From assembly GCA_947625515.1 (NCBI GenBank), contig CANQOO010000005.1, forward strand, positions 24,576 to 88,575: 64,000 bases of DNA. Reading direction: 5' to 3'. Position numbers and translations under genes: made by a program. Numbering within the stretch: position 1 is the stretch's first letter; every line of letters starts with the position of its first letter. The notes below the pieces were generated by a model. That model was not told the DNA's origin and did not search any database. It saw only the letters and a list, made by a program, of their open reading frames with translations. This DNA comes from an uncultured Clostridia bacterium (GTDB lineage: Bacteria; Bacillota; Clostridia; Christensenellales; UBA1242). Positions 18,818 to 28,269 of the stretch are shown here, piece after piece.

Positions 18818-20560
18818 ATGAAAGAAACTTCAACAAAAACCAATGTCACAAAAGCAAAAAAGAGCGGCTTGAAAGCAAAATCAGCAAAAGCTTGTGGCAC
18901 AACATCCAGCAAATCAGCAAAAAAATCCGCAGCGTGCAGCTGCAATGAAAATTCCAAAACGAGCAGCGGCAAAGAAAAATCTCGCAACTGCAAGACGAAC
19001 GCAAAGGCATGCAGCAGCGAAGCATCTTCAAAAAAATGCAGTGGCAGGACGAACACAAAAACCCAAGAAAATGCAAACTCCAAAATCTGCTTTGACAACG
19101 ACCTATATCTCAAACTGCAAAGCGAGAACATCAACAAGAGAATCAAAAAATTTCACAATAAGTTGTATGTCGAGTTTGGCGGCAAGATTTTCGATGACCT
19201 GCATGCCGCCCGTGTGCTGCCCGGATATGACCCAAACATCAAAATCAAGCTTCTTCAAAAAATGAAAGACAAGGTTGAAATCATTTTTTGCATAAGCTCA
19301 AACGACATAGAAAAGAACAAAATTCGTGCTGACCTTGGGCTTTCATATGCCGACGAAGTTTTGCGTCTTGTGGACAACATGCGTGGGCTTGGGCTTTATG
19401 TCTCCGCTTTCGTCATCACGCTTTTCAAAGGGCAGCCAAGTGCTCAGAAATTTGGCAAGAAGTTGGAGCAACGCGGCGAACGCGTCTTTTTCCACCGCTA
19501 CACCAAGGGATACCCAAACGACGTGGACACCATTGTGTCGGACGATGGCTATGGTGCCAACCCATTTGTTGAAACCACCCGCCCGCTTGTTGTGGTGACC
19601 GCTCCGGGACCTTCCAGCGGAAAACTTGCCACCTGCCTGAGCCAGTTGTATCACGAATATAAGCACGGCGTGAAGGCGGGATATGCAAAGTTTGAAACTT
19701 TTCCTGTTTGGAATTTGCCGCTGAAACACCCTGTCAACATTGCATATGAGGCCGCCACCGCAGACCTATATGATGTCAACCAAATTGACCCATTCCATTT
19801 CAGTGCATACGGCACACTTGCCATAAACTATAATCGCGACATCGCCGTCTATCCAGTGCTGCGGAATATACTGACCAAAATCACCGGCAAGGAGATTTAT
19901 CAGTCGCCAACCGACATGGGCGTCAACATGATTGCCAGTGCCATAACGGACGATAATCTTGCCCGCGTCGCTGCCAAGAAGGAAGTTTTGAGAAGATATT
20001 ATCGTGCCGAGTGCGACTATAAACTTGGTGCATGCACCTTTGAGACATTAGAACGCAACAAATCTCTTGTCGCTGAGGCAGACGCTCAAAACGCACTCGC
20101 AGACATCATAAACACCGCAAAAAGCACATCAAAATCAACTGGCTTCGCCTGCGTGGCACTGGAACTTCCAAACGGAAAAATTGTGACTGGCAAAACCAAG
20201 AAAATCGTCTCCGCCTCCGCCGCCGTTGTGCTGAACGCCCTGCGAACGCTGGCTGGGCTGGGTGACGATTTTGACATCATCACCGACGACATCCTTCTGC
20301 CAATCGTGAAATATCGCACCCAAATTCTTGGCTCCAACAACAGCGTCTTGACGGTGGACGATGTGCTTGTGGCACTTTCAATCTGCACTGGCAAAAACGC
20401 CAAAGCCCGCTCAGCAATGGAGCAAATTGGCAAACTGAGAGGCTGTGACGCACATTGCACCTACATCCTCCCGCACGCCGAAGAGCAGACCCTGAAAAAA
20501 CTTGGCATAAACATCACCTGTCAGCCAGTTTTCCTGAACGCAAATTTGTTCGACGAATAA
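18818..20560 (+). CDS. DUF1846 (UPF0371) family protein with about 90-aa Lys/Ser/Cys-rich N-terminal extension
   Basis: Family core FDNDLYLKLQ...KLYVEFGGKIFDDLHAARVLPGYDPNIKIKLL. No in-frame ATG lies near the core start. Confidence 0.75.
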   Translation: MKETSTKTNVTKAKKSGLKAKSAKACGTTSSKSAKKSAACSCNENSKTSSGKEKSRNCKTNAKACSSEASSKKCSGRTNTKTQENANSKICFDNDLYLKLQSENINKRIKKFHNKLYVEFGGKIFDDLHAARVLPGYDPNIKIKLLQKMKDKVEIIFCISSNDIEKNKIRADLGLSYADEVLRLVDNMRGLGLYVSAFVITLFKGQPSAQKFGKKLEQRGERVFFHRYTKGYPNDVDTIVSDDGYGANPFVETTRPLVVVTAPGPSSGKLATCLSQLYHEYKHGVKAGYAKFETFPVWNLPLKHPVNIAYEAATADLYDVNQIDPFHFSAYGTLAINYNRDIAVYPVLRNILTKITGKEIYQSPTDMGVNMIASAITDDNLARVAAKKEVLRRYYRAECDYKLGACTFETLERNKSLVAEADAQNALADIINTAKSTSKSTGFACVALELPNGKIVTGKTKKIVSASAAVVLNALRTLAGLGDDFDIITDDILLPIVKYRTQILGSNNSVLTVDDVLVALSICTGKNAKARSAMEQIGKLRGCDAHCTYILPHAEEQTLKKLGINITCQPVFLNANLFDE

Positions 20561-20753
20561 GTGATGATTGTTGAAAAATGATTTATAGGATTTAATAAGA
20601 TTTTCCAGCAAGCATTAATAATGATTTCCCAGCAAGCACCTGATTTTTATTATTAAATTGATAAAATTTTGGCTAAAAATGAAAGAAATATGATGAACAA
20701 GATGCTGTAAGTTTTGATAAATTGATATTAAAACATAAAAGAATAGGCGACGC

Positions 20754-21692
20754 CTATTCTTTTTGATACCACCACCAAAATGATTGCAGTGTGTTTGGAT
20801 TTCCGCTGACCATAATTTGAACTTGATAGCCTTGATTTTCTGAGTTGTTGAAATCCGATTGCTGCCCCACCTGTTCTGTTGCTCCCACGCCAACTTGTTT
20901 CTCGCATTGCGTCCCATCGCCCACCTGTTTAGTGTGCTGCGGCTCCTCGCCCGCCTGTTTTTCGGAGGGATTTTCATGGCAAATTTGCGGCGGGCATTCC
21001 CCATCCGCTTGTTCTTCGCACTGCGTCCCATCGCTCGCCGGCTCTTCAAGCACAAAGTGTTTCAGACGCCGTGCAACCCCATTGGCACCATCAAAAAACT
21101 TGACGCCGCCGCCAAAGATGTTCTGCAAAATGTCCTTCACCGCCAAGTAATGCGTGCAGCCCAGCACCACCGCCTTTGGTTTTCTTTTTTGCTGCAAAAC
21201 ATCGGTCAGTTCTTGCTCCAAATGTGAGCGAAGCATCTCCAACTCGTCGATATGAGCGTCAATTTCGCTTGCCAGCCATGGCATTGCCAACTTTTGCAGC
21301 GACGGATTTTTGCGAATAAGAGCGTTATGCCGCAGCGTTGTTTCAGTTGCAAGCACCAAAACATCTTCGGCAACAAACTCTTCAAGTGCGGGTTTGACTG
21401 CCGGCACGGTGCCAACAAAAACTATCTGCGGAAAGACTTCTCGCAGCCTGTCAAGGCAGGTGCAAGAAAGCGTGTTGCACGCCAAGACCACGATGTCAAA
21501 TTTGAAAAACTTCTCAATCATCTTCAAATTTTCGAAGGCAATTTGCTGCAACTGCTCCTTGCTTTTGCTGCCATACGGCAAATTTTTGTCATCACAAAAC
21601 AGCAGAAAATTGCAAAACGGACACACCCTCACACATTCTTTCAGAATGTTTACGCCGCCACTTCCGCTGTCAATCAAAAGCACATTTTTCAT
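20754..21692 (-). CDS. murI: Glutamate racemase with unusual about 75-aa C-terminal low-complexity tail
   Basis: MKNVLLIDSGSGG, LACNTLS and VLGCTHY motifs. The tail carries DGTQCE(E/K)Q repeats and ends FWWWYQKE inside the terminator hairpin. Confidence 0.85.
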   Translation of the reverse strand: MKNVLLIDSGSGGVNILKECVRVCPFCNFLLFCDDKNLPYGSKSKEQLQQIAFENLKMIEKFFKFDIVVLACNTLSCTCLDRLREVFPQIVFVGTVPAVKPALEEFVAEDVLVLATETTLRHNALIRKNPSLQKLAMPWLASEIDAHIDELEMLRSHLEQELTDVLQQKRKPKAVVLGCTHYLAVKDILQNIFGGGVKFFDGANGVARRLKHFVLEEPASDGTQCEEQADGECPPQICHENPSEKQAGEEPQHTKQVGDGTQCEKQVGVGATEQVGQQSDFNNSENQGYQVQIMVSGNPNTLQSFWWWYQKE

Positions 21693-21802
21693 ACTGAAAT
21701 AATATATGCAGGACTGCCCGCTTTGAGCCAAAACTGACAAAATTCAACATCAATTTATTTTTTTTGCTTAACGAGATTCTTCGCTCCGCTCAGAATGACA
21801 GG

Positions 21803-22552
21803 TCACAACACCTCGTCCAAGACTTGGGCAATGAGGTTGGATAAAAATTCAAGTTGCTCTTCCACGCCTTTGTCAGTCAAAACAATCTCCCGCTTTTCGC
21901 CCAGGTCTTTGGAAGAAATCATCATCGGCACGCCCAATGCGATGCACGGCACATTAAGCGACTGTCGATTGATTGGCACGCCAAAGTTGTGCATGGCACT
22001 GCCCGGTGTCAACCCCGCATCGTTAAATTGAATTGAGCATCCCAGCCGCGATAATTTGGCTGTTGCGAGGCTGTCAAAAAGCAGCACGGCGGAGATGTCA
22101 AAAGCCTCCACCACCAGGCGGATGATGTCATATGCGTTCAGCCCGGTGTTGACAAACACATTTGGCATAAGTTTAAATCGCCGATTGTTTTTCCTGAAAG
22201 GCGAAATTCCAATTTTTTCCACAACGCGAACGCCAAAACTGTCCGCCGGCACCTGAGGGTTCCCAATGCCGACAAACAAAATTCTTCCATTCTTTTTGAT
22301 TTTGTTTTGTTTCAGTAAGAAGGAAAGCCGGCAAAGCAGAGCGTCTTTAAGAAGTTTTTCATGCTCTTGCATCATAAGCGGCAAAAGTGGAGCGTTGAGG
22401 ATGAAATAATGCCCCCTCTCAAAGCCCAACGCCTTGGCATGAGCCGGCTGCACAAAAAGCTTGTGGCAGGTCGCCCCAAATTTGCCAAGTTCCTCCGCTT
22501 CATATCCGCACGCCGTCAAGTCCTGACCGCATTCGTCAATCAAATCACTCAT
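21803..22552 (-). CDS. gpr: GPR endopeptidase (spore germination protease, peptidase A25)
   Basis: LFVGIGNPQVPADSFGVRVV and LLFDSLATAKLSRLGCSIQFNDAGLTPGS...VPCIALGVPMMI align with B. megaterium GPR blocks. It is divergent from rpsT, as in Bacillus. The start is uncertain. Confidence 0.7.
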   Translation of the reverse strand: MSDLIDECGQDLTACGYEAEELGKFGATCHKLFVQPAHAKALGFERGHYFILNAPLLPLMMQEHEKLLKDALLCRLSFLLKQNKIKKNGRILFVGIGNPQVPADSFGVRVVEKIGISPFRKNNRRFKLMPNVFVNTGLNAYDIIRLVVEAFDISAVLLFDSLATAKLSRLGCSIQFNDAGLTPGSAMHNFGVPINRQSLNVPCIALGVPMMISSKDLGEKREIVLTDKGVEEQLEFLSNLIAQVLDEVL

Positions 22553-22745
22553 GCAAAGATTTTGGACAAAAAGGCGACAAAAAATCACTGCTTGCCCACT
22601 TTTTTGAAAAAAAAGCGTGAAGAAAACAAGAAAATCTTCCATTTTCACTTGATTTTTTGCAAAACGTGTGATATAATGAGCTAGTTTTAACTTAAAACCG
22701 CGTTTTTTTATGCGAAAAAAAACAAAACTTACAAGGAGAAAACTC

Positions 22746-23015
22746 ATGGCAAACATCAAATCAGCAAAGAAAAGAGTGTTAATTGAAAGAGAACGCCGCG
22801 TGCAGAACAACTCTGTGAAGTCCGAAATTAAAACTTACATCAAAAAGTTTAAGGAAGACCTTGCTCAGGACGTTGCAAAAGCGGAAGAAACTTACAAAGT
22901 GCTTTCTTCAAAACTTGATGCTGCTGGAAGAGAAAATGTCATTCATCAAAACTCTGCCAACAGAAAAAAAGCACACTTTGCAAAATTGCTTGACAACGCA
23001 AAGAAAGCAAAATAA
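22746..23015 (+). CDS. rpsT: 30S ribosomal protein S20
   Basis: MANIKSAKKRVLIERERRVQN... preceded by an AAGGAGA RBS. Confidence 0.9.
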   Translation: MANIKSAKKRVLIERERRVQNNSVKSEIKTYIKKFKEDLAQDVAKAEETYKVLSSKLDAAGRENVIHQNSANRKKAHFAKLLDNAKKAK

Positions 23016-23044
23016 GGCTCTGTGTTTTCATCACATATCCAACG

Positions 23045-23069
23045 AAGCATGATGATTCATGCTTTTTTC
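23045..23069 (+). terminator. Intrinsic terminator of rpsT
   Basis: aagcatga-tgat-tcatgctt followed by a T-run. Confidence 0.7.
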
Positions 23070-23160
23070 TTATTAAACAAGTGCCGCCTGGGCATCAGGC
23101 TTTTGCACATCCGCCTTGTCCTCCCGACGCTTGACAATGCCAACGTTCAAATGATACACT

Positions 23161-23826
23161 ATGCATATGATAAGAATCACAAAAAACTGGGCAACAAAAC
23201 TTGCCGAAGAATTTGACAAGCCCTATTTCAAGCAGTTGCAACAATTCTTGGAGCAGGAATATTCCGCCCACACCGTCTATCCCGCCATGGAGGACATCTT
23301 TGCCGCACTCAACGCGGTGAAATTTGAGGATGTGAAGGTGGTCATCATCGGTCAAGACCCATATCACGAGCCGCATCAGGCACACGGGCTGGCTTTTTCG
23401 GTGCAGGACGGAGTGGAAGTTCCTCCATCTCTTGTCAACATTTTTAAAGAGATTGAATCCGACCTTGGCATCACTTGCATTAAGAGCGGCAATCTGACGC
23501 GTTGGGCAAAACAAGGCGTTTTGCTTCTGAACACCTCGCTCACAGTGAGACGCTCGCAAGCCAACAGCCACCACGGCAAAGGTTGGGAAATTTTCACGCA
23601 AAAAGTCATCGACTTGCTCTCTCAGCGTGCCGAGCCACTGGTGTTTATGCTCTGGGGTTCCAACGCCCAGGCCTTCGCCCCACAAATTGCCCCGCAGCAT
23701 CTTGTTTTGAAGGCCCCTCACCCAAGCCCGCTTTCGGCGTATCGCGGATTTTTCGGCTGCAAGCACTTTTCAAAAGCCAACAGCTTTCTTGTCGATCACG
23801 GCAAAACGCCGATTGACTGGCACTGA
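23161..23826 (+). CDS. ung: Uracil-DNA glycosylase, family 1
   Basis: VKVVIIGQDPYHEPHQAHGLAFSV and HPSPLSA motifs. Confidence 0.9.
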   Translation: MHMIRITKNWATKLAEEFDKPYFKQLQQFLEQEYSAHTVYPAMEDIFAALNAVKFEDVKVVIIGQDPYHEPHQAHGLAFSVQDGVEVPPSLVNIFKEIESDLGITCIKSGNLTRWAKQGVLLLNTSLTVRRSQANSHHGKGWEIFTQKVIDLLSQRAEPLVFMLWGSNAQAFAPQIAPQHLVLKAPHPSPLSAYRGFFGCKHFSKANSFLVDHGKTPIDWH

Positions 23827-23986
23827 AAAGCAGACTATTTCCACTCCTCCCACAGCGGGAAATGTTGCATTAACATTTCACAACTGGCAAGGCGTCGTCT
23901 GTTTTTTTTACAGGTGATTATGCCGTCTGAACACTTTTCACACTACGGGTAATTTTGGCATATAAAAACCTGAAAGGAGCGTTAAT

Positions 23987-24349
23987 ATGCAAACATTTTT
24001 CGACAATTCGCAAAGCCAGCCAAATTCTGCCCGACAGCATGTGAATGTGCAGGGCGGCGGAAATTATTTTGAGGGCAACGAGCCTTATGGCGAAGGCAAC
24101 ACTTTCCTGACCATTCAAAATGCCCGTGCGGACATCATTGGAGAACTGGATGCCATCATCCAATATGAAACCCACCTTCACGCCACAACCGACCCCGCCG
24201 CCAGAGCGACCATCACCGACATTGTGAACGAGGAGAAGCTTCACGTCGGTCAACTTTTTGGGCTTTTGTTTAAACTTGACCCAACATCTCAGGTGCAATT
24301 TGAGAAAGGCTACAACGAATTTCTAAGCGACGATGAAATTTATAAGTGA
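23987..24349 (+). CDS. Small ferritin-like protein of the encapsulated-ferritin (EncFtn/Flp) type
   Basis: ...GELDAIIQYETHLHATTD....ITDIVNEEKLHVGQLFGLL... matches the E...Y / EEKxH di-iron signature as I recall it. GAAAGGAG RBS. Confidence 0.5.
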   Translation: MQTFFDNSQSQPNSARQHVNVQGGGNYFEGNEPYGEGNTFLTIQNARADIIGELDAIIQYETHLHATTDPAARATITDIVNEEKLHVGQLFGLLFKLDPTSQVQFEKGYNEFLSDDEIYK

Positions 24350-24486
24350 AGATGAATTTATAGAAAATTTCCCTTGGCGACACAATTCTTGATAAACAAT
24401 AATTTTTTAAACGACAACAATAGAAAAAACACCTATATGGTGTTTTTTCTAAATAAATCAAAAATTTAATAAAAAAGCAATATTTT

Positions 24487-25209
24487 TTAAACAATCAATG
24501 TATAGTCATCATGCATTTCAACATGAGACACATTTTTATAGGTTTTTACTTCCACTTTTTCAACTTCAACTTTCTCACTTGGCATAGCGTAGATTGATTT
24601 TGGATTTTCTTTCAGCTGTTCATCAAGTGGAGCAGAAACAACAAATGTCCCCAACTTCAAATCGTTGTCATGAAGTTTTGCAATAGTCAAGTTATACTTC
24701 ATTGAATTTGTTTCTTCATCCGTGTAAGGTTTTGAAAGATTTAGTACTAACTCTCCATTGTTTATAAGTGCGAGTTCTTCCGCTTCTTTTCCTAAAAATT
24801 CACTTCGATAAAGAATATCCAACAACTTGTCAATAAAGATATAGTTTTCTCCTTTAATTTTAGTAAAGTCACTTTTGTTTGGCTTGATATCATAAAAATC
24901 TTGTTCGCTGACCTTATAATCGGCTGTCAAATATGACGCTTCTTTGGATGATCCCGCAATTCTTATCACATAATTCTCATTTGTTTTATCGAAAATTACA
25001 TTTTGTGTGCTGAAAGAGTCAACATCCAAGTCTCTCTCAATCTTTGTATTTAGTTTTTCCATTGATTCTTTTGTTTGATTGTTGGAGTAAATAAGCGCTC
25101 CAGTGAGTGTTCCACCGCTAATAAGCAAAGCACCCGATAAGGTCAACATGACCCATGTAGGTACTGGCCCATTGCCATAATAGTGATGATAGTGATGAAA
25201 ATAAACCAT
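24487..25209 (-). CDS. Membrane-anchored protein of unknown function with His/Tyr-rich N-terminus
   Basis: MVYFHHYHHYYGNG followed by one TM helix. AGGAGA RBS. AT-rich by eye. Confidence 0.5.
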   Translation of the reverse strand: MVYFHHYHHYYGNGPVPTWVMLTLSGALLISGGTLTGALIYSNNQTKESMEKLNTKIERDLDVDSFSTQNVIFDKTNENYVIRIAGSSKEASYLTADYKVSEQDFYDIKPNKSDFTKIKGENYIFIDKLLDILYRSEFLGKEAEELALINNGELVLNLSKPYTDEETNSMKYNLTIAKLHDNDLKLGTFVVSAPLDEQLKENPKSIYAMPSEKVEVEKVEVKTYKNVSHVEMHDDYTLIV

Positions 25210-25237
25210 TTTTTTCTCCTTTTTTAAATTTTTTCCT

Positions 25238-25675
25238 TTAATTTTTAAAGTGCTCTTCCTGTTGCAAATGCAGATTTGTGTTTTTTGTGCTTTGGTTTTG
25301 GTCATTTTCTTGCGATTGTAATGTTGTTTCGCGTGCACAATCGCAAATTTCGTCATATTTGTCTTCTGCTGGGCAACCTTGTGGATATGCGACAAATTGA
25401 TAAGTTTGCAACTCCTTTCCACAGTTGAATTCTAAAATCGGTGTCATCGCAACAATTGATGGTCCCCATGCTCTTTCAATCAAATCGCCTTTATGCAAAG
25501 TTTCGACGCCGTTTTCGCTTACAACGATATATGCGTTCGATAGGCTTGTTGTCGAATAGATCGCGGCTCCAGAGACTGTTTTTTCCCTATCGTCACATCC
25601 TGTCAATCCTGCAGCCGCACCAAACATTAAGCCTGCAAGCGAAAGCACCATAATTTTTTTTGAAATTGTTTTCAT
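25238..25675 (-). CDS. Lipoprotein of unknown function
   Basis: MKTISKKIMVLSLAGLMFGAAAGLTGC carries a lipobox (LTGC). Confidence 0.6.
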   Translation of the reverse strand: MKTISKKIMVLSLAGLMFGAAAGLTGCDDREKTVSGAAIYSTTSLSNAYIVVSENGVETLHKGDLIERAWGPSIVAMTPILEFNCGKELQTYQFVAYPQGCPAEDKYDEICDCARETTLQSQENDQNQSTKNTNLHLQQEEHFKN

Positions 25676-25990
25676 TTTTCTCTCCTTTTTGATTTTTTTA
25701 TTCAGAAAGACAAAAAAACAAGACTTTCTGAATTTCTTCAAAAAGTCTTGTTAAAGCATTTTCTCTGCTCTTGCAAAGCGGAACAAAAGTTCGAATTGAC
25801 GCCCTGCAACCACTTCCGGCTGTGGAAACTACTCCCTTTTTATGGCCATATCTTATCACATCTTTTTTCTTTTGTCAATACTTTTTTAAAAATTTTTTTT
25901 AATTTTTTTGTTTTTTTTCTTGATTCTACACTTCCGTTGACAAGAAAACTTGTTTATGGTATTATATTTTATATTCCATGGAGGTGTATT

Positions 25991-27226
25991 ATGATAAGAC
26001 TTTCCGGTGATTTCGAAAAAGACCAAACAATAAAAGAAGAAATTGCCAATGACCTTGTATATCGTGGACAAGCCGATCTTGTGTTAAATAAAGAAGTTTT
26101 ATTTAACAACTTTGAAAAAATAAAAACCTTTGTTCAAATTCTATCTCATGATGGTAAAATAAGACTTATTGTGGATGGGAATGTAAATGAAGCCGATTCA
26201 AATGATAAGCCATATATTTATACACAACAGGAAACTAAACAACTTGTTGAATTAAATAATTTTTTAGCAGAAACTAAAAATGTAAAAATGTATTTTTGTG
26301 ATGAGATTGTAGATGAGTATCTCTCATATAACAGTGAAAAATCCCTTTTGAATTTACATCAAGTTATAGAAGCAAACGAAAAACTAAATGATGTCGTGGA
26401 AGAAATTAAAAGATTAGAGTTGACACCATACGAAACTATGCTTTATATACATGAATACGTTGCAAACATTGTTGGCTCAGGCAATGGGCATTTAGATCGC
26501 AATACCAGTGCGACAATTATGGGTGCTTACACCGGGGAAGGACTTGTTTGTGCTGGCAGAAGTTCATTGACAAAGGCTATTATTGACAAACTGGATATGC
26601 CGGGACTTTCTTGCGAATATGTCGATTGCTCTATTCATACCGACCCTGACCCTGAGCAAATTAAAAAGTTTGAAGAAGAGATCAAAGAATATCCTCATTT
26701 TAAAAGCGATCTCAGTATTTATAAAAAATATGGTGATACCGAAAAACATAGACTATGTTTGATTACATTAAATGATGAAAAATATAAAATTTGTGGAGAC
26801 TATCTCAATGACGCCACGTGGGACAGCAAAGAGCATAGTTTTGCTATGTGCTGTTATCCTGTGAAGGATGTTCTAAATATATCCGGTGAGCACTTTGTTC
26901 AAACAGAGCATGATATAGACCGAACAAAAGTTTACGATGACGAAGAAAAAGAAGCGGCTAAACTTGCCAAAAATTTGAAAAATGGCAAATATGTGCCAGA
27001 TGTTGTGCAAAAACACGGACAAATTTCCAAACCAATCACCCGCCTGACTTTTGAATCGGCCTTGAAAAATTTGTATCTAAAAATGTATGAAGGCAACGAG
27101 GATAAGGCGAAAGCAGAAGTTCAAGAACATCTAAAAAATTCAATCAATGTGGCGAAACAAGTTTTTACGGAAAATGCTTCAAATTGCTTTGTCGGACAAA
27201 ATCAACACAATATCTCTATGGATTAA
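25991..27226 (+). CDS. Hypothetical protein with possible transglutaminase-like Cys-His-Asp core
   Basis: GGAGGTG RBS precedes MIRLSGDF. Candidate triad: GLVCAG ... EKHRLCLI ... NDATWD. Confidence 0.4.
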   Translation: MIRLSGDFEKDQTIKEEIANDLVYRGQADLVLNKEVLFNNFEKIKTFVQILSHDGKIRLIVDGNVNEADSNDKPYIYTQQETKQLVELNNFLAETKNVKMYFCDEIVDEYLSYNSEKSLLNLHQVIEANEKLNDVVEEIKRLELTPYETMLYIHEYVANIVGSGNGHLDRNTSATIMGAYTGEGLVCAGRSSLTKAIIDKLDMPGLSCEYVDCSIHTDPDPEQIKKFEEEIKEYPHFKSDLSIYKKYGDTEKHRLCLITLNDEKYKICGDYLNDATWDSKEHSFAMCCYPVKDVLNISGEHFVQTEHDIDRTKVYDDEEKEAAKLAKNLKNGKYVPDVVQKHGQISKPITRLTFESALKNLYLKMYEGNEDKAKAEVQEHLKNSINVAKQVFTENASNCFVGQNQHNISMD

Positions 27227-27399
27227 TAAAAATTAAATTTAGGATTGATAACATATTTTATCAATCTTTTTTTTGAACAATCAACCCTTTGCTGACAAGA
27301 AAAGTGAAATTTTATTTTCGCTGGAAAATTGTTAGAAGGGATTTAAAAACAAAATTGTTATAAAAAAATACCGAATTGTCGGTATTTTCTTGCTCTTAT

Positions 27400-27485
<86 letters not shown>

Positions 27486-27509
27486 ATTGATTAAGTTTTT
27501 TAGTGGAAA

Positions 27510-27556
27510 CGCACAAGATTTTAAGTCCCATGCGTCTGCCATTCCGCCACGCCGGC
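27510..27556 (-). pseudogene. Truncated tRNA-Leu(TAA) 5' portion (acceptor 5' strand through anticodon loop; no T arm)
   Basis: GCCGGCGTGGCGGAATGGCAGACGCATGGGACTTAAAATCTTGTGCG matches the intact tRNA from the D arm to the anticodon loop, then diverges. Confidence 0.75.
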
Positions 27557-27579
27557 CCATGTCGCAATCTGCACTCTTG

Positions 27580-27680
27580 CTCATTTTTGCCACAAGGGCA
27601 AAAAACATCGCCTTATCGTTTGATTGCTCCTCCTCCCCAAAAATGTAAAGCATTTTCGGGGACCCCATTTTAGGATATAC
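27580..27680. repeat. Imperfect direct repeat, copy 1 (about 100 bp, carries an 18-bp insertion)
   Basis: ctcatttttgccacaag...atcgtttgattgctcctc...aaaaatgt.aagca.tttcgggga.cccatttta.gat.tac is shared with 27723-27807. Confidence 0.75.
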
Positions 27681-27722
27681 TCCTGCTTCTTTTGCTTCTG
27701 AAGGCTCCCTTATTCGCTTGGA

Positions 27723-27807
27723 CTCATTTTTGCCACAAGAGTATCGTTTGATTGCTCCTCTCTCACAAAAATGTCAAGCAGTTTCGGGGACCCATTTTAA
27801 GATGTAC
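27723..27807. repeat. Imperfect direct repeat, copy 2
   Basis: See 27580-27680. Confidence 0.75.
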
Positions 27808-27888
27808 AGCTTATGCATGTTTTTTGGGAAAAGACTTGTCCGCCCCTCATAACTTAAATTTCCCCAAAGAACGCCTTTGGGGAAATTG

Positions 27889-27963
27889 TGGAGGTACCAC
27901 CCGGATTCGGACCGGGGAATAAAGGTTTTGCAGACCTTTGCCTTACCTCTTGGCGATGGTACC
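27889..27963 (-). tRNA. tRNA-Cys (anticodon GCA), CCA encoded
   Basis: Acceptor GGTACCA/TGGTACC and anticodon arm AAGGT-CTGCAAA-ACCTT. The hairpin ccccaaag/ctttgggg lies downstream. Confidence 0.9.
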
Positions 27964-28181
27964 ACTTGCGGAACACATCCAATATATCATATTTTGAAAA
28001 GTTTGTCAATTATTTTTATGAAAAACTGCACTTTCTTGCGACAATAATCAAAAATTTTTAAAAAGTTATGAAAAACGCTTGATTTTTCTCGTTTAATTTG
28101 GTATATTATTAGAGCATTTGAAAAGATGCCTGCATAAAAAACTTACAAAGCACTTGAACTTGTTCTTTGCAGCAAAATTGT

Positions 28182-28256
28182 GCGGAAGTGGCTTAGAGGT
28201 ATAGCGTTGCCTTGCCAAGGCAAAGGTCGCGGGTTCGATTCCCGTCTTCCGCTCCA
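28182..28256 (+). tRNA. tRNA-Gly (anticodon GCC), CCA encoded
   Basis: Acceptor GCGGAAG/CTTCCGC, anticodon arm TTGCC-TTGCCAA-GGCAA, T arm GCGGG/CCCGT. Confidence 0.9.
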
Positions 28257-28269
28257 AAAAGGTGTTGCG

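Noticed and set aside
20615-21055. 146-aa ORF and others overlapping the murI tail
   Set aside because: Alternative frames of the repetitive tail region. The murI frame is continuous from a well-supported core.
22553-22810. N-terminal 86 codons of the track ORF for gpr
   Set aside because: This part reads through the rpsT promoter/RBS region and encodes Phe-rich nonsense. Homology to GPR begins after the internal Met at 22552.
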